DNA of 64,000 nucleotides from positions 10,902,873 to 10,966,872 of the forward strand of contig MU053881.1 in the NCBI GenBank assembly GCA_013239625.1. The letters run 5' to 3'. Source of the stretch: Lama guanicoe (taxonomy: Eukaryota). Below the pieces are notes generated by a model, which saw nothing but the letters and a program-made list of their open reading frames with translations, had not been told where the DNA came from and ran no database searches. Within the stretch, counting starts at the first letter, position 1; every line of letters starts with the position of its first letter. Of the stretch, positions 12,253 to 24,370 are shown one piece after another. The position numbers were made by a program, and so were the translations under genes.

Positions 12253-13539
12253 TTAGTTTTTATTGGGATTCTTCAAAGTTTGCTAAGCTTTCCAGGAACC
12301 AATTAGGGCAGCCATCTCTGTTCTAAAAGGGAACGATGTCTTCAGCATGGTTGTGAGTATGGAGTTCTGAACATTAGCAATTTATGTGAACTTAGTTAAA
12401 TAACTCGCCAACCGTGAGTCTACATTGCTTTATCAGTAAAATAAGAGTATTGTGTTAAAAGATCAAGTATCTTTCTAGCTCTAAAATTTTGTCTCTCTTT
12501 TGGAAAAGGGGTCCCTCTGTTGCTGATTATCTTAGTCAAGTTCACACAACTAATAAATTATATAGGCAGGGTCTGAATCCGGGTTGTTGCTGTTGTTTTG
12601 TTTAATGGCACAGCCTCCTAACAGCCTTGCAACACCGCTTTCCATGACAACCTTCTCTGTTTTGCAGGAGTGCAAAGCCTAGCCTGCTAGAGAGAACCGA
12701 CAAACAGAAAAATGTCTACAAAATGAAAGCTTTAAACAAATTGCCTTTTTTTTTTATATAGTCATCCTTGCAACTCATCTTTTTGAAGCATTCTTCAAAA
12801 TGGCATGCTTTTAGGTATTTTTGTCCCATCATTCTACAAGCTATCTCCTAAGTCTTACCCTTCTCTTGTTGTTCTGTATTGCTCTCCATTTCTTTTCTTT
12901 TCTTTTTTTTTTTCCTCTTTGGAGTTTCATGTTGACTAGCTACATCTGTGAACCACATATATTATAATGTCATTCTCCATGGAATTTTACTCTCTTTATT
13001 TGATCTTTATGAAGTGACTATTAATGGTCCATTTAAATCCTTCAATTTAACCAATTTAATTCCTTTTCATTAGTTTCTTAAACGCTCATCTCTAATTCAG
13101 TTGGTAAATACAGTGAGTGATTACAGTATCAACATTTGGTCATGGTTTTACTGACCATTCAACAACCCACTTTTATCCCCCTGTGGGCATGTTTTCCTTA
13201 GGGCTCTGTTTCTTCCGCACTTAGCTAGCGCAGGGCTCAGTAAGTAATCTGTGAATGCTGACAAAATTAAGGGATGAGTTCACTTTTCCTGTTAATATTT
13301 TCCACCAGCAACTCCTATCCATTTTTCCACTTCACAAAGCTAGGAAGAAAAATGGAACATCTTTATAGTCATCAAGTAAAAAAGGCAGAGATGACCCTAT
13401 GTGCTCCATTTTTGCAATAATAAACTGGTAGATTGAAAGATGCTTAAAACCAAAGTTAATTTAAATTTCTAATTTACTTTACCCACTAAGAAATGTGGTC
13501 ACTAGGTTCTGCTAATGTCAGAGTTATTGTTCAACAATG

Positions 13540-14372
13540 TGAATTATATCACACTAAAGGCATACTTAAAACCTTCTGATGGCAATTCATTGCTCCTAAT
13601 ATAAAAATCTAAACTCCACAGGATCATAAATTCTCACTTGATCTGGGCTCTACATATCTTTCTGAACTGACCTGAAGTCCACCATTTTTTATCTTCATTC
13701 CCCATTTTCCAGATGCAGTAGCTTTCTTTACATTCTCGATTATAAAAAGTTGAAATCTGCACATGGCCTGGAACTAGCTCTCCCATGGACCTGAAGTATC
13801 TTTTACCCAAGTCTTTTTGTGGCTAGTTTCTGATTACACCCTAGATTCGAGACTAAATACTCCCTCAGGGAAGATTTCTCTGATCACCCAATATAGCTAT
13901 CTTGCTACTCTCTATCTTATAAACCTATGTTTATCTTTTTGTTGAATGTATAATGATTTTGGTAGGATGTTTAATGATTTCTTGTTTGTTTCGGCCCCCC
14001 CTCACCAGAATATAAATTATGGCTTAAGCGGTAGAGAAAAATAATTAAAGGCATGAGTTGTAGAGTCCGACTGCTGTGGTTTGAATTTAGACACTAACAC
14101 TCCCTGGATAAACAATTTGGGGCAAGACCATTCCCTTCTCTAAGATTCAGCCTCCACCTTTTATAATGAATCTCTATGATTCAGTATTTAAAAATGGGGG
14201 TAAAAATAGAATCTATCTCAGAAGGTAGTTGTGACAATAGGATGAGATAATGCATAGGTCTCAGTGATGTCACTCATGGTTATTTGCCATCAGATACCCC
14301 AGAACATGTAACAGTGTCTAGGGCCACTATATATAACTTGATAAATATTTATCAGATGAATAAATGAATGAA
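13540..14372 (+). mobile_element. L2 LINE 3' end interrupted by a MIR
   Basis: aaaccttctgatggc..., ctccctcagggaagatttctctgatcaccc and the terminal ataaatatttatcagatgaataaatgaatg. Confidence 0.75.
14025..14270 (+). mobile_element. MIR SINE nested in L2
   Basis: gagtccgactgctgtggtttgaat...aaaatggggg...gttgtgacaataggatgagataatgcat. Confidence 0.75.
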
Positions 14373-14809
14373 TGCAGTAACTGTGAAGTGTACTAATAAT
14401 GAAGAAAATAAGCCTTTCTTCCTATCTTCTTTCTGTTTCCTGTCACATTTTCTCCCATCCACTCCATGTTTTTTCTTCATCACATTTCTCCACTCCCTCC
14501 CTCAGTGCCTTATTCACTCTCTACTGGATTTCATTATCCTCTGCATATCAACAATCTCATGATTCTTCCATCTTAAAAAAAAAATCTCCCTATGTACCTC
14601 TTTCCTCTCTCTTTTTTTTTAATGGCTTTAAAAGACTAGCTAAACGTGTCTCCACTCACCCCTAAAACCATTACGTTATTGCTTCTATCTCATTACTATT
14701 CAGGGATTGCTACTGACAAGGCCACTAGAAAATTTCTTTGTTCTTAAGTCCACTAGACAATTTCTAATCTTTATCTAACTTAACTTATCAATTGCAGTTT
14801 ATTCTTAGA

Positions 14810-14950
14810 TAAAGCATAGGCACTGAAGCCAGAAAGATCTGAATTAAATTGTGCTTCACACGCTGGGGAATTTTGAGGCCTTGGGCAGGATGCTTAATCC
14901 TGAGCTTCCATCTCCTCAAATGCAAAATGATAATGAAACTAATCTACCTC
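14810..14950 (+). mobile_element. MIR SINE
   Basis: ccttgggcaggatgcttaatcctgagcttccatctcctcaaatgcaaaatg. Confidence 0.7.
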
Positions 14951-15365
14951 ATTCAATTATTTACTCAACATATATTTATCACGATCCTGCTCTGTGTCAG
15001 GCCATGCTGTAAGCACTAGAGGGATGGCAGTGAGGAAAAGAGATCAAAGTTCTTACTCACATGGAGGTATTATCTAGTGGTTACTAAACAAAATGAACAA
15101 ACATAGTATGTGACATGCTATGACTTGATAAAAGGTGAAAGCAAAGTAAATATAAAATGACGAGTGGGTAGGGGAGTCCTATTTTATGCAGGGGTTACAA
15201 TGTGAGATAGGGTGTGTTTTCCTGAGAAGGGGACATATAACCAGAGATGTGAAGGAGTTGTAAATACTGGGAGAGGGAAGGAGCAGGGATGGAGGACGTT
15301 CCAGGCAGAGAGAACAGCAGGTACAGAGGTGCTTGGGTGGAGACAAGGAAGTCTGTTCAAGGAAA
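14950..15365 (-). mobile_element. L2 LINE 3' end
   Basis: cattcaattatttactcaacatatatttat...gttccaggcagagagaacagcaggtacagagg. Confidence 0.8.
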
Positions 15366-15644
15366 AAAAAAATTTTTAATTACTAGAAAACATGCTTCCT
15401 CAAAGGTGTAAAAGAAGACACTAACGAACTCATCTACAAAAGAAATAGACTTGCAGACATGGTAAACAAACTTATGGTTACTGGGGAAAAGCGGTGGGAA
15501 GGGGTAAATTTGGGAGTCTGAGATTTGCGCATGTTAACCACTACATATAAAAAGAGATAAAAACCAAATTTCTTCTGTTTAGCACAGGGAAACATATTTG
15601 ATATCTTGTAATCACTTTTAATGAAAAAGAACATGAAAACGAGT

Positions 15645-15648
<4 letters not shown>

Positions 15649-15688
<40 letters not shown>
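15649..15688. repeat. (AT)20 microsatellite
   Basis: Read directly. Confidence 0.97.
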
Positions 15689-15690
<2 letters not shown>

Positions 15691-15694
15691 CTAG

Positions 15695-15750
15695 NNNNNN
15701 NNNNNNNNNNNNNNNNNNNNNNNNNNNNNNNNNNNNNNNNNNNNNNNNNN
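15695..15750. other. Assembly gap (56 N)
   Basis: Run of N. Confidence 1.
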
Positions 15751-16129
15751 AAAAAAAAGGTGTAAATCAAAATAGAGAAATATATGGCATATGGAATTTC
15801 TGAACTGAGAGAGCTTAGCAAGTTCATTATGATGGAGAATGAACAGAAATATCTTTCCATTAGACCTCCTTGCCACCCTTCCACTCCGCAATACTCTTAA
15901 CTACAGTCACATTCTAGTCTGCAGTTTATGCCACGATTTCCCCTTTATGCTCTGCACATGTGGCTCCCATGACCCAAGGACGCTTACTGTCTCCTTCTCA
16001 TCCTTTAGTATTCGTCCTGAAACACCTACCCTTCTACCTACCACCTACAAAACCTTCAGGGATGCCTGAGTTTGAGTAAAGTGACTTTGTTCCGAGCTGT
16101 CCACACTTCAAGGGAAGCATTAAATAATC

Positions 16130-16265
16130 TGTATTTTGTCTCCTTACAAGCCTGACTCTTGCTTACTGAACAACATATTCCTTGAAGGCAGGGGTCATAT
16201 CATACTGCCTTTGTATCTCCAGCATCCAGTCTGATACTCAGTAAGTATTGAATGAGTAAATGAAG
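16130..16265 (+). mobile_element. L2 3' terminus
   Basis: ttccttgaaggcaggggtcat...ctttgtatctccagca...actcagtaagtattgaatgagtaaatgaa. Confidence 0.75.
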
Positions 16266-18614
16266 GAACAAGTTTAATTCATTATTTAGAGATACGCATC
16301 AGATTAAGGAACTCATTAAGTTCCTAAGTGATAACAGGACTAAAAGTAATGAGATAGTATATACCTTTCTAGCTATGACTTATTAAGTGCTTATCGTACC
16401 CAGTAAGTAGCTCACAATCTCTTATTTAAGTCATAGAAGAGGGATATGAACTTCTGTCTGTTGCACTCTTGTGTCCAAGCTCTGTGTCACTATGTAGCTC
16501 TCCCTTCTGAGGAGAAAGGAGTGTTTCTAGGTGTATAAATATATAAATGCCAATGAGGACATCTTTCAAAGAAAGAAAGGTTTTATAGCAAAAAGAAGGG
16601 AGTCTAGGAACTCCAATTGTATGAGAACAGACAAGCCAGTATATTCTTTTTTAAACTGTTGGAAAAATAACACCTTTCTTCCCTAGAAGAGAGTTTATCT
16701 GCCAAAACTAATCCTGGAGTGAGTTTTATGACCATGTTATAAACCTCGGTAAAGTAAAGAATGTAATAGAAATGCTGACAGAGCACTCCTTATGATGGGT
16801 TTGGAAGGTGCAGCTATAAAACAGAAGTAATTTCTGAAATTTGGAAATTATGCATGACTGTAAAGACAAACATATTTGCCATAAATTGAAGCCCACACCT
16901 GCAAGGGGATATATTGGTTCCCACTTAGTTCAAGGTCAGCAATAACTTTAAGACAAATTCTTTTAAACTCTCATCATCAAGTTAAAGTTAAGGGAGGGGA
17001 AAACACAGGAAAACTCTCTGCAGAACACTAAATCATGCAAAATTTCAAATAAACTTAAAATCAGCTAAAGAAAACTAGGAACAAATCCTCCCTTTAAAAT
17101 GCTTCTCCTAAAATAGCAACAGAATCCAATCATTTGAAAGCAAAAATAGCAAGAGCCTGTGAGTGTTTTACAAACACTGAATCCGATTTTATAGAAAATG
17201 ATACTAAAACAATTGATCAATAGTGCAAACAGCCATTCATCAACTGAGTTCTCTTTGGTGAAACTTTGAAAAAGTCTGTCTTGTGTGGCTAAGGACCAAC
17301 GACACACGAGGGAAGGTTTCAAAGGACGCAAAGTTAATCTATCGACACTTCTTTTCTGGGTTTTCTATTCTCCTCAAGCACAAATGATTATATATTTTCT
17401 ATCTAAAATTTTCTTGCACAGCTTTCCCCCTGTCTCTTCCCCTTGAGGCCAAGCTCTATAATGCTCACCTTTGTGGTCCTTTTGTCCCCAGCCAATCTCA
17501 CCCATCCTATGTCTCTTGATTTTGCTGTACTCATAATGTGTATGTGAAAATCTTACGCTGTGCAATCAGAGAGAATTGTATTTGATTTTGTGTGTGTGTG
17601 TGTGTATAACTGCTTGGATGAGATTAGACAAGTTATTGGTTTATCTCCAATGTTCATTAGTTTATCCATAAAATGGGGGTAAATAAAACTTATGTATAGT
17701 AATAGAAATGCTCAGGAAAATCTCATTCAGTGGGCCAGTGGCCCGCTTGTTTGGGTACATGGCAATGAGAGCTTTTCTCCACGTCAGTCACTCAAATATG
17801 TAAATATTTAGGTAAAGTGAGTATCTTGAATGAAAAGCAGACTGATGCCCTTGGATGAGAATGCAACTTGACATTTAGATACAAAGGCTAGGTCTGAAAT
17901 CTAAAAGTTCCTCTAACATTTTGCAATAAATTTTAAAAGCAGTGGTGGGTGGGTTATCTGGATATGGGCATACCAAGTCTCTAAAACCTGGACATATTTG
18001 ATAAAAGACAGGACTAAAGGCAGAAAACTAAGATCTCGGTCATTACCTCTTGAATGCATCTGAGACAACAGGACATACCAGATAACAAGCTCCTATTGTA
18101 AGCTACCAAGTTTGTGTTATTCTTTGTTTTAATCCTGTGATTTAGCACAGAGCCTGACACCTAGCACTTACCAGGAAATACTTTTTTGAGTAAATGAAAG
18201 AATGAGTTAGTGATGACAGACCAAGGGAAGAGGTCTTTTGCTACAGCTGGGATAGCAAGCGGAGTGGGATGGCAACAGCTGGGATGGAAACGGGGAGACC
18301 TGGAATAATTTTTTTCTTTGTTTCATCTCCCCTTTTTAGTGGTGAAACTAGAGTATGTTTAAATGCTGACAGGACTACTACAGTAGCAAGAAACAGATTG
18401 ATAATAGAGATGAAGGAGAGAGAATTTGGATAAATATGACTGAATGTCACAGCCTCTGAAGTGGAGAGCAAGCAGGCTCCAGAGGAGTAAGGGACAGGCT
18501 GGCCTTTGCTTCCTGGAAATCCACCTCCTCCACCATCAGAGGAGGGAAAAAGAAGACAGTTTCAAGAAGCACATAGATTTGCACTTTTGTTAACTGGAAA
18601 CTGAAATTGTTGTG

Positions 18615-18782
18615 GAAGGCACAAGTGCCCAGGCTCTGAAGCTTATAAACGTTTTAGGATCCTTTCTAAGAAAAAGGATTCAAAAATTACAAACACAACT
18701 TAAATATACATCTTTGGAAGAAGCCTGCAAAAGTGAATGTTCCTGAATCTTAAATTCCATTGGTCTCATGGAAGATTGCCTT
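18615..18782 (+). mobile_element. DNA-transposon MITE, MER53-like
   Basis: ctgaagcttata...taagaaaaaggattcaaaaattacaaacacaa...cctgaatcttaaattccattgg resembles the MER53 consensus as I recall it. Confidence 0.6.
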
Positions 18783-18789
18783 CTTAGCC

Positions 18790-19052
18790 TGAAATTAAAT
18801 CTTGGCTCCACATCTCATCAGCTATGTCAATTTGAACAATTTGTCAGGCTCTCTGCACCTAGGTTTCCTCATCTCCAAAATGGGAAGAGGCACGGTGTGT
18901 ATCCATCCCACAGGGCTTTGTAGATGACTAGGTAACAGAACCCATGTAAAACAGGGTTGAAAAAAATCATGTAAAGGATGAGATACGATAATCTGTATAT
19001 AGGTAACCCATGTGAAGCACTTAGGTTACTTCTCAATAAATGTTGATTATTA
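18790..19052 (+). mobile_element. MIR SINE
   Basis: ctctctgcacctaggtttcctcatctccaaaatggga...ctcaataaatgttgattattatt. Confidence 0.8.
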
Positions 19053-21578
19053 TTATGTAAAGTCTCTGAAACATACAAAGGACACAATAAATGTTAGTTT
19101 CGACTCCAGCTAGATGAGAAGTAATTTTAAAGAGACCACATTATGCTTCACTTGAAATCTAAAGAATTCCTAGTGTACATTAGACACACAAAATGTACTT
19201 GTATTATTATTCTCCCCCCTCCACACACACACACACGCACACACACTCCTGCTCCTGTTTCTCCTGCTTTCTCTCTTCTCCTTTTCCATCACTGGAACTA
19301 TGGGGGAGCAGACAATGCATATGTGAACTCACTAGAATGCCCTCCCTGAGGGCAGGAGCTGTGCCATTTATATCTGAAATACGGACCATTGTGCACATGG
19401 GAGCTATTCAGCAGATTTGTGCTGTTAAAAAAATTAAATTACTGACATTATGACATCATTCATAGTTCAAGAAACTAGTGAAAATTTGAAAGCTAAAAAC
19501 TGTCCCAGAACCAATGGTGAACTTGGTGACCGTCTAGAGTATATGACATAATTCTCTTTTTATTACAGCCGAAAGTGTGAGCACAGAATAACCCTAATAC
19601 TGACACGGAGTTGGCATTCAGCAAATGTTTAACAGGTGAATGGTTCCTCTTAAGAGAAGGAAGGTGAATACAAAGGGTGACTGACTAGAGTTTTTACACA
19701 CACCACTAATCTCTAAAAGAGTAGTAGGCATTCTCTATAGGAAAAAATGTTCATTTTGATAAGTCTGTCACCAAAAGAAATGCAAAACAATGGTAAAATT
19801 TTTTTTTTCCAATATTCATAACCAAAAAGCTGCTCATTCAATTTTCTGCAGTGGTGCAGACTCAAATGATGCATTAAACATTTAACACTGTTGTCTCCAG
19901 GTTTATTAATGCTTGCTCACTCATTTATTCTCCTGCTGATAATCTTGCCTGAAGCATCTCACTTTTTGCAAGGTACTAAAGTGACTTGGGTTGCAACCAA
20001 ATCTGTAGTAATTAGTCAGCTGAATTAGCAAGAAATTATTGGGATACTTTGTTTTTACAAAAAAAATTCAGAATTCTAAGTATTTACCTCAGAATATTGC
20101 TATTCAACATATGTCCATGCCTGCACAACGTGAAGGAATAAAAGATAATCCATCCAAGTTTTTAAAAGTTTGTTCTTTACTTTGTTTGGTAGAGTGATTA
20201 CCAATATGTTATTTGTAATAAGCAAAGCAAAAAAAAAAATGAGAAACTAGAATGTGACTGATGGTAATGATAATGAAAAAATATTTTTTCCACTGTAAGA
20301 CATTCTAAAAATCTTTCTTGAGTAAAACTGGGATGGGAGAGAAATCTATTTCTCATAAAGTTGGATGGAAATTTTAAACTATTTGAGATAACAAATGCAA
20401 CATTATTCAGCATACAGGCAGGATAACAACGTACAAAGCACCAAATCACAACGAGACAGATGCAATCCTGAGCTAGTCCTTGGTGGAACCAGACACTGGA
20501 CAGAAGCAACTCCCACTCTTTCCATTTCCAGTCTTTCAGAAGCTACTATAAGGGTATTAGTCATTGTGATGTGTATGACATCTTATATCAGAAACTAAAT
20601 GTCAATAGCATCTTGTCCACCTCCTTGATTTAATGAAAAAGACTATCAAACTCAGAGAGCGTAGTGATGGATGCAAGTCAACCCAGCTAACCTGAGCACC
20701 AGTCTGAGAAAAGTGAGGCAATGACAGGAGGTACAAAGGGTAGGACCCTGTTAAGCAGGTCAGAGTTGAAATTCGCACTGTGTCACTTACAGACCTCCAC
20801 GAGCCGGGTGCCACGTGCTGCGCCACAATGCTGGGGCTTGGCCCCCAGGATCTTACCATGATAGCATCCGGCTTCTGTATCAGCAGAAAACTAGTGACCA
20901 CACTGCCCTTTTCCAGCCTGTTTTGGCCTTTACACGACAAAAGCAGGAGTGAAAGCAGTATTCAACACCTAGGATGCATTTGCGAGTAACCCACTTGACA
21001 CAGACGGGGGTACTTGAGAAGAAAAGCCATATATTAATTGTTACTCCTCAGATGGGTTCAGTTCATAGACATGCTGGGAACTTGGTGGCCTAGGCCACTG
21101 GGCAAAGGGAGGGAGTCGTGATAACAAGGAAAATAATGAAACAAAGAACCCTCAGGGCTGAGCTCCACCGGTAACACTCTAACATATGATGTCCATCCTC
21201 TGGAAGACACAGAGCAGTGTCACCCTCCAAGAGGATGTAACCTACTATAGGGGAAAGCGAAAGTTTCCATAAAGCGATAGAACTCAAAGTCAAAGGAGTC
21301 TAGCCCTCAATACCAAGAGACCAAACTCTTGGGATAGGCAGAGCCACGCTGAGCTACGGGAGAAGAGAATGGTCCTGGGAGGTAACTGATAGAGTGCAGC
21401 CAGTGTGAGTGTCCCAGCCACGGAAGTCATGGCTTTAAGAGGAACTTAAGTTCCTGTGGGAGAGGGGAAGCCGAAGTGGAAGAGCAATCCTACTAACGGA
21501 GATACACGTATAAAGTTTGAGGAATTTAAAGTATGAAGCTTACAAAAGCCTAGTGCATTTCCACCCCGACCCGTTTTT

Positions 21579-24370
21579 TCTTTTTTTAACATTTTTTATT
21601 GATTTATAATCATTTTACAATGTTGTGTCAAATTCCAGTGTTCAGCATAATTTTTCAGTCATTCATGGACATATACACACTCATTGTCACTTTTTTTCTC
21701 TGTGATTTATCATAACATTTTGTGTATATTTCCCCGTGCTATACAGTGTAATCTTGTTTATCTATTCTACAATTTTGAAATCCCAGTCTATCCCTTCCCA
21801 CCCTCTACCCCCCTGGTAACCACAAGTCTGTATTCTCTGTCCATGAGTCTATTTCTGTCCTGTATTTATGCTTTGTTTTTGTTTGTTTGTTTGTTTTTGT
21901 TTTTTAGATTCCACATATGAGCGATCTCATATGGTATTTTTCTTTCTCTTTCTGGCTTACTTCACTTAGAATGACATTCTCTAGGAGCATCCATGTTGCT
22001 GCAAATGGCATTATGTTGTCGGTTTTTATGGCTGAGTAGTATTCCATTGTATAAATATACCACTTCTTCTTTATCCAGTCACCTGTTGATGGACATTTAG
22101 GCTGTTTCCATGTTTTGGCTATTGTAAATAGTGCTGCTATGAACATTGGAGTGCAGGTGTCATCCTGAAGTAGATTTCCTTCTGGATACAAGCCCAGGAG
22201 TGGGATTCCTGGGTCATATGGTAAGTCTATTCCTAGTCTTTTGAGGAATCTCCACACTGTTTTCCATAGTGGCTGCACCAAACTGCATTCCCACCAGCAG
22301 TGTAGGAGGGTTCCCCTTTCTCCACAGCCTCTCCAGCATTTGTCATTTTTGGATTTTTGAATGACGGCCATTCTGACTGGTGTGAGGTGATACCTCATTG
22401 TAGTTTTGATTTGCATTTCTCTGATAATTAGTGATATTGAACATTTTTTCATGTGCTTTTTGATCATTTGTATGTCTTCCTTGGAGAATTGCTTGTTTAG
22501 GTCTTCTGCCCATTTTTGGATTGGGTTGTTTATTTTTTTCTTATTGAGTCGTATGAGCTGCTTATATATTTTGGAGATCAAGCCTTTGTCGGTTTCACTT
22601 GCAAAAATTTTCTCCCATTCCGTAGGTTTTCTTCTTGTTTTATTTCTGGTTTCCTTTGCTCTGCAGAAGCTTGTAAGTTTCATTAGGTCCCATTTGTTTA
22701 TTCTTGCTTTTATTTCTTCTAGGAGAAAATTTTTGAAATGTATGTCAGATAATGTTTTGCCTATGTTTTCCTCTAGGAGGTTTATTGTATCTTGTCTTAT
22801 GTTTAAGTCTTTAATCCATTTTGAGTTGATTTTTGTATATGGTGTAAGGGTGTGTTCTAGCTTCATTGTTTTACATGCTGCTGTCCAGTTTTCCCAACAC
22901 CATTTGCTGAAGAGACTGTCTTTATTCCATTGTATATTCTTGCCTCCTTTGTCGAAGATGAGTTGACCAAAAGTTTGTGGGTTCATTTCTGGGCTCTCTA
23001 TTCTGTTCCATTGGTCTATATGTCTGTTTTGGTACCAATACCATGCTGTCTTGATGACTGTAGCTCTATAGTATTGTCTGAAGTCTGGGAGAGTTATTCC
23101 TCCAGCCTCTTTCTTTCTCTTCAGTAATGCTTTAGCAATTCTAGGTCTTTGATGGTTCCATATAAATTTTATTATGATTTGTTCTAGTTCTGTGAAATAT
23201 GTCCTGGGTAATTGGATAGGGATTGCATTAAATCTGTAGATTGCCTTGGGCAGTGTGACCATTTTAACAATATTGATTCTTCCAATCCAAGAGCATGGAA
23301 TATCTTTCCATTTTTTAAAGTCTTCTTTAATTTCCTTCATCAATGGTTTATAGTTTTCTGTGTATAATTCTTTCACCTCCTTGGTTAGATTTATTCCCAG
23401 ATATTTTATTACTTTGGGTGCTATTTTAAAGGGGATTGTTTCTTTACTTTCTTTTTCTGTTGATTTATCGTTAGTGTAAAGAAAGGCAACTGATTTTTGA
23501 ACATTAATTTTGTAACCTGCTACCTTGCTGAATTCTTCGATCAGCTCTAGTAGCTTTTTTGTGGACCTTTTAGGGTTTTCTATATATAGTAACATGTCGT
23601 CAGCATATAATGACACTTTTACCTCTTCTTTTCCAATTTGGATCCCTTTTATTTCTTTCTCTTGCCTGATTGCTGTGGCTAGGACTTCCAGGACTATATT
23701 GAATAGGAGTGGTGATAGTGGGCATCCTTGTCTTGTCCCAGATTTTAGTGGGAAGCTTTTGAGTTTTTCACCGTTGAGAACTATGCTGGCTATAGGTTTG
23801 TCATATATAGCTTTTATTATGTTGAGATATGTTCCCTCTATACCCACTTTGGCGAGAGTTTTTATCATAAATGGGTGTTGAATTTTATCAAATGCTTTTT
23901 CTGCATCGATTGAGATGATCATGTGGTTTTTGTCCTTTCTCTTGTTGATGTGATGTATTACATTGATTGATTTGCGTATGTTGAACCAGCCTTGTGTCCC
24001 TGGGATGAACCCCACTTGGTCATGATGTATAATCTTTTTTATGTGTTGTTGGATTCTATTTGCTAAAATTTTGGTGAGGATTTTGGCGTCTATGTTCATC
24101 AGTGATATTGGCCTATAATTCTCTTTTTTTGTAGTGTCTTTGCCTGGTTTTGGTATCAGGGTGATGGTGGCTTCATAGAATGAGTTTGGGAGTATTCCCT
24201 CCTTTTCAATCGTCTGGAAGAGTTTGAGAAGGACTGGTATGAGTTCTTCTTTGTATGTTTGGTAGAATTCCCCGGTGAAGCCATCCGGTCCTGGACTTTT
24301 ATTTGTAGGAGGTTTTTAATTGCCATTTCTATTTCCTTTCTAGTGATCGGATTGTTCAAGTGTTCAGTTT
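21579..24370 (-). mobile_element. Young 5'-truncated LINE-1 (camelid-type), ~2.8 kb
   Basis: ORF2 RT and C-terminal domains, 3' UTR, AATAAA (21595-21600), short A tail; perfect TSD cccgacccgttttt at 21565-21578 and 24371-24384. Confidence 0.98.
21904..24309 (-). CDS. L1 ORF2p fragment (Z domain, reverse transcriptase, CCHC C-terminus); lacks endonuclease, native start and promoter
   Basis: The 731-aa ORF from the track extends 70 codons upstream ([15 protein letters not shown]...NYRPISL); motifs [33 protein letters not shown]; 1-nt frameshift just upstream of 24309. Confidence 0.93.
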   Translation of the reverse strand, partial: PTNKSPGPDGFTGEFYQTYKEELIPVLLKLFQTIEKEGILPNSFYEATITLIPKPGKDTTKKENYRPISLMNIDAKILTKILANRIQQHIKKIIHHDQVGFIPGTQGWFNIRKSINVIHHINKRKDKNHMIISIDAEKAFDKIQHPFMIKTLAKVGIEGTYLNIIKAIYDKPIASIVLNGEKLKSFPLKSGTRQGCPLSPLLFNIVLEVLATAIRQEKEIKGIQIGKEEVKVSLYADDMLLYIENPKRSTKKLLELIEEFSKVAGYKINVQKSVAFLYTNDKSTEKESKETIPFKIAPKVIKYLGINLTKEVKELYTENYKPLMKEIKEDFKKWKDIPCSWIGRINIVKMVTLPKAIYRFNAIPIQLPRTYFTELEQIIIKFIWNHQRPRIAKALLKRKKEAGGITLPDFRQYYRATVIKTAWYWYQNRHIDQWNRIESPEMNPQTFGQLIFDKGGKNIQWNKDSLFSKWCWENWTAACKTMKLEHTLTPYTKINSKWIKDLNIRQDTINLLEENIGKTLSDIHFKNFLLEEIKARINKWDLMKLTSFCRAKETRNKTRRKPTEWEKIFASETDKGLISKIYKQLIRLNKKKINNPIQKWAEDLNKQFSKEDIQMIKKHMKKCSISLIIREMQIKTTMRYHLTPVRMAVIQKSKNDKCWRGCGERGTLLHCWWECSLVQPLWKTVWRFLKRLGIDLPYDPGIPLLGLYPEGNLLQDDTCTPMFIAALFTIAKTWKQPKCPSTGDWIKKKWYIYTMEYYSAIKTDNIMPFAATWMLLENVILSEVSQKEKEKYHMRSLICGI

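Larger units (their letters stand above)
15413..15755 (+). mobile_element. L1 3' UTR insertion with 11-bp TSD; contains (AT)20 and an assembly gap
   Basis: Homologous to 3420-3670; TSD aaaggtgtaaa at 15402-15412 and 15756-15766. Confidence 0.9.

Noticed and set aside
22406..23881. Plus-strand ORFs of 186, 65 and 118 aa
   Set aside because: Antisense shadows of L1 ORF2
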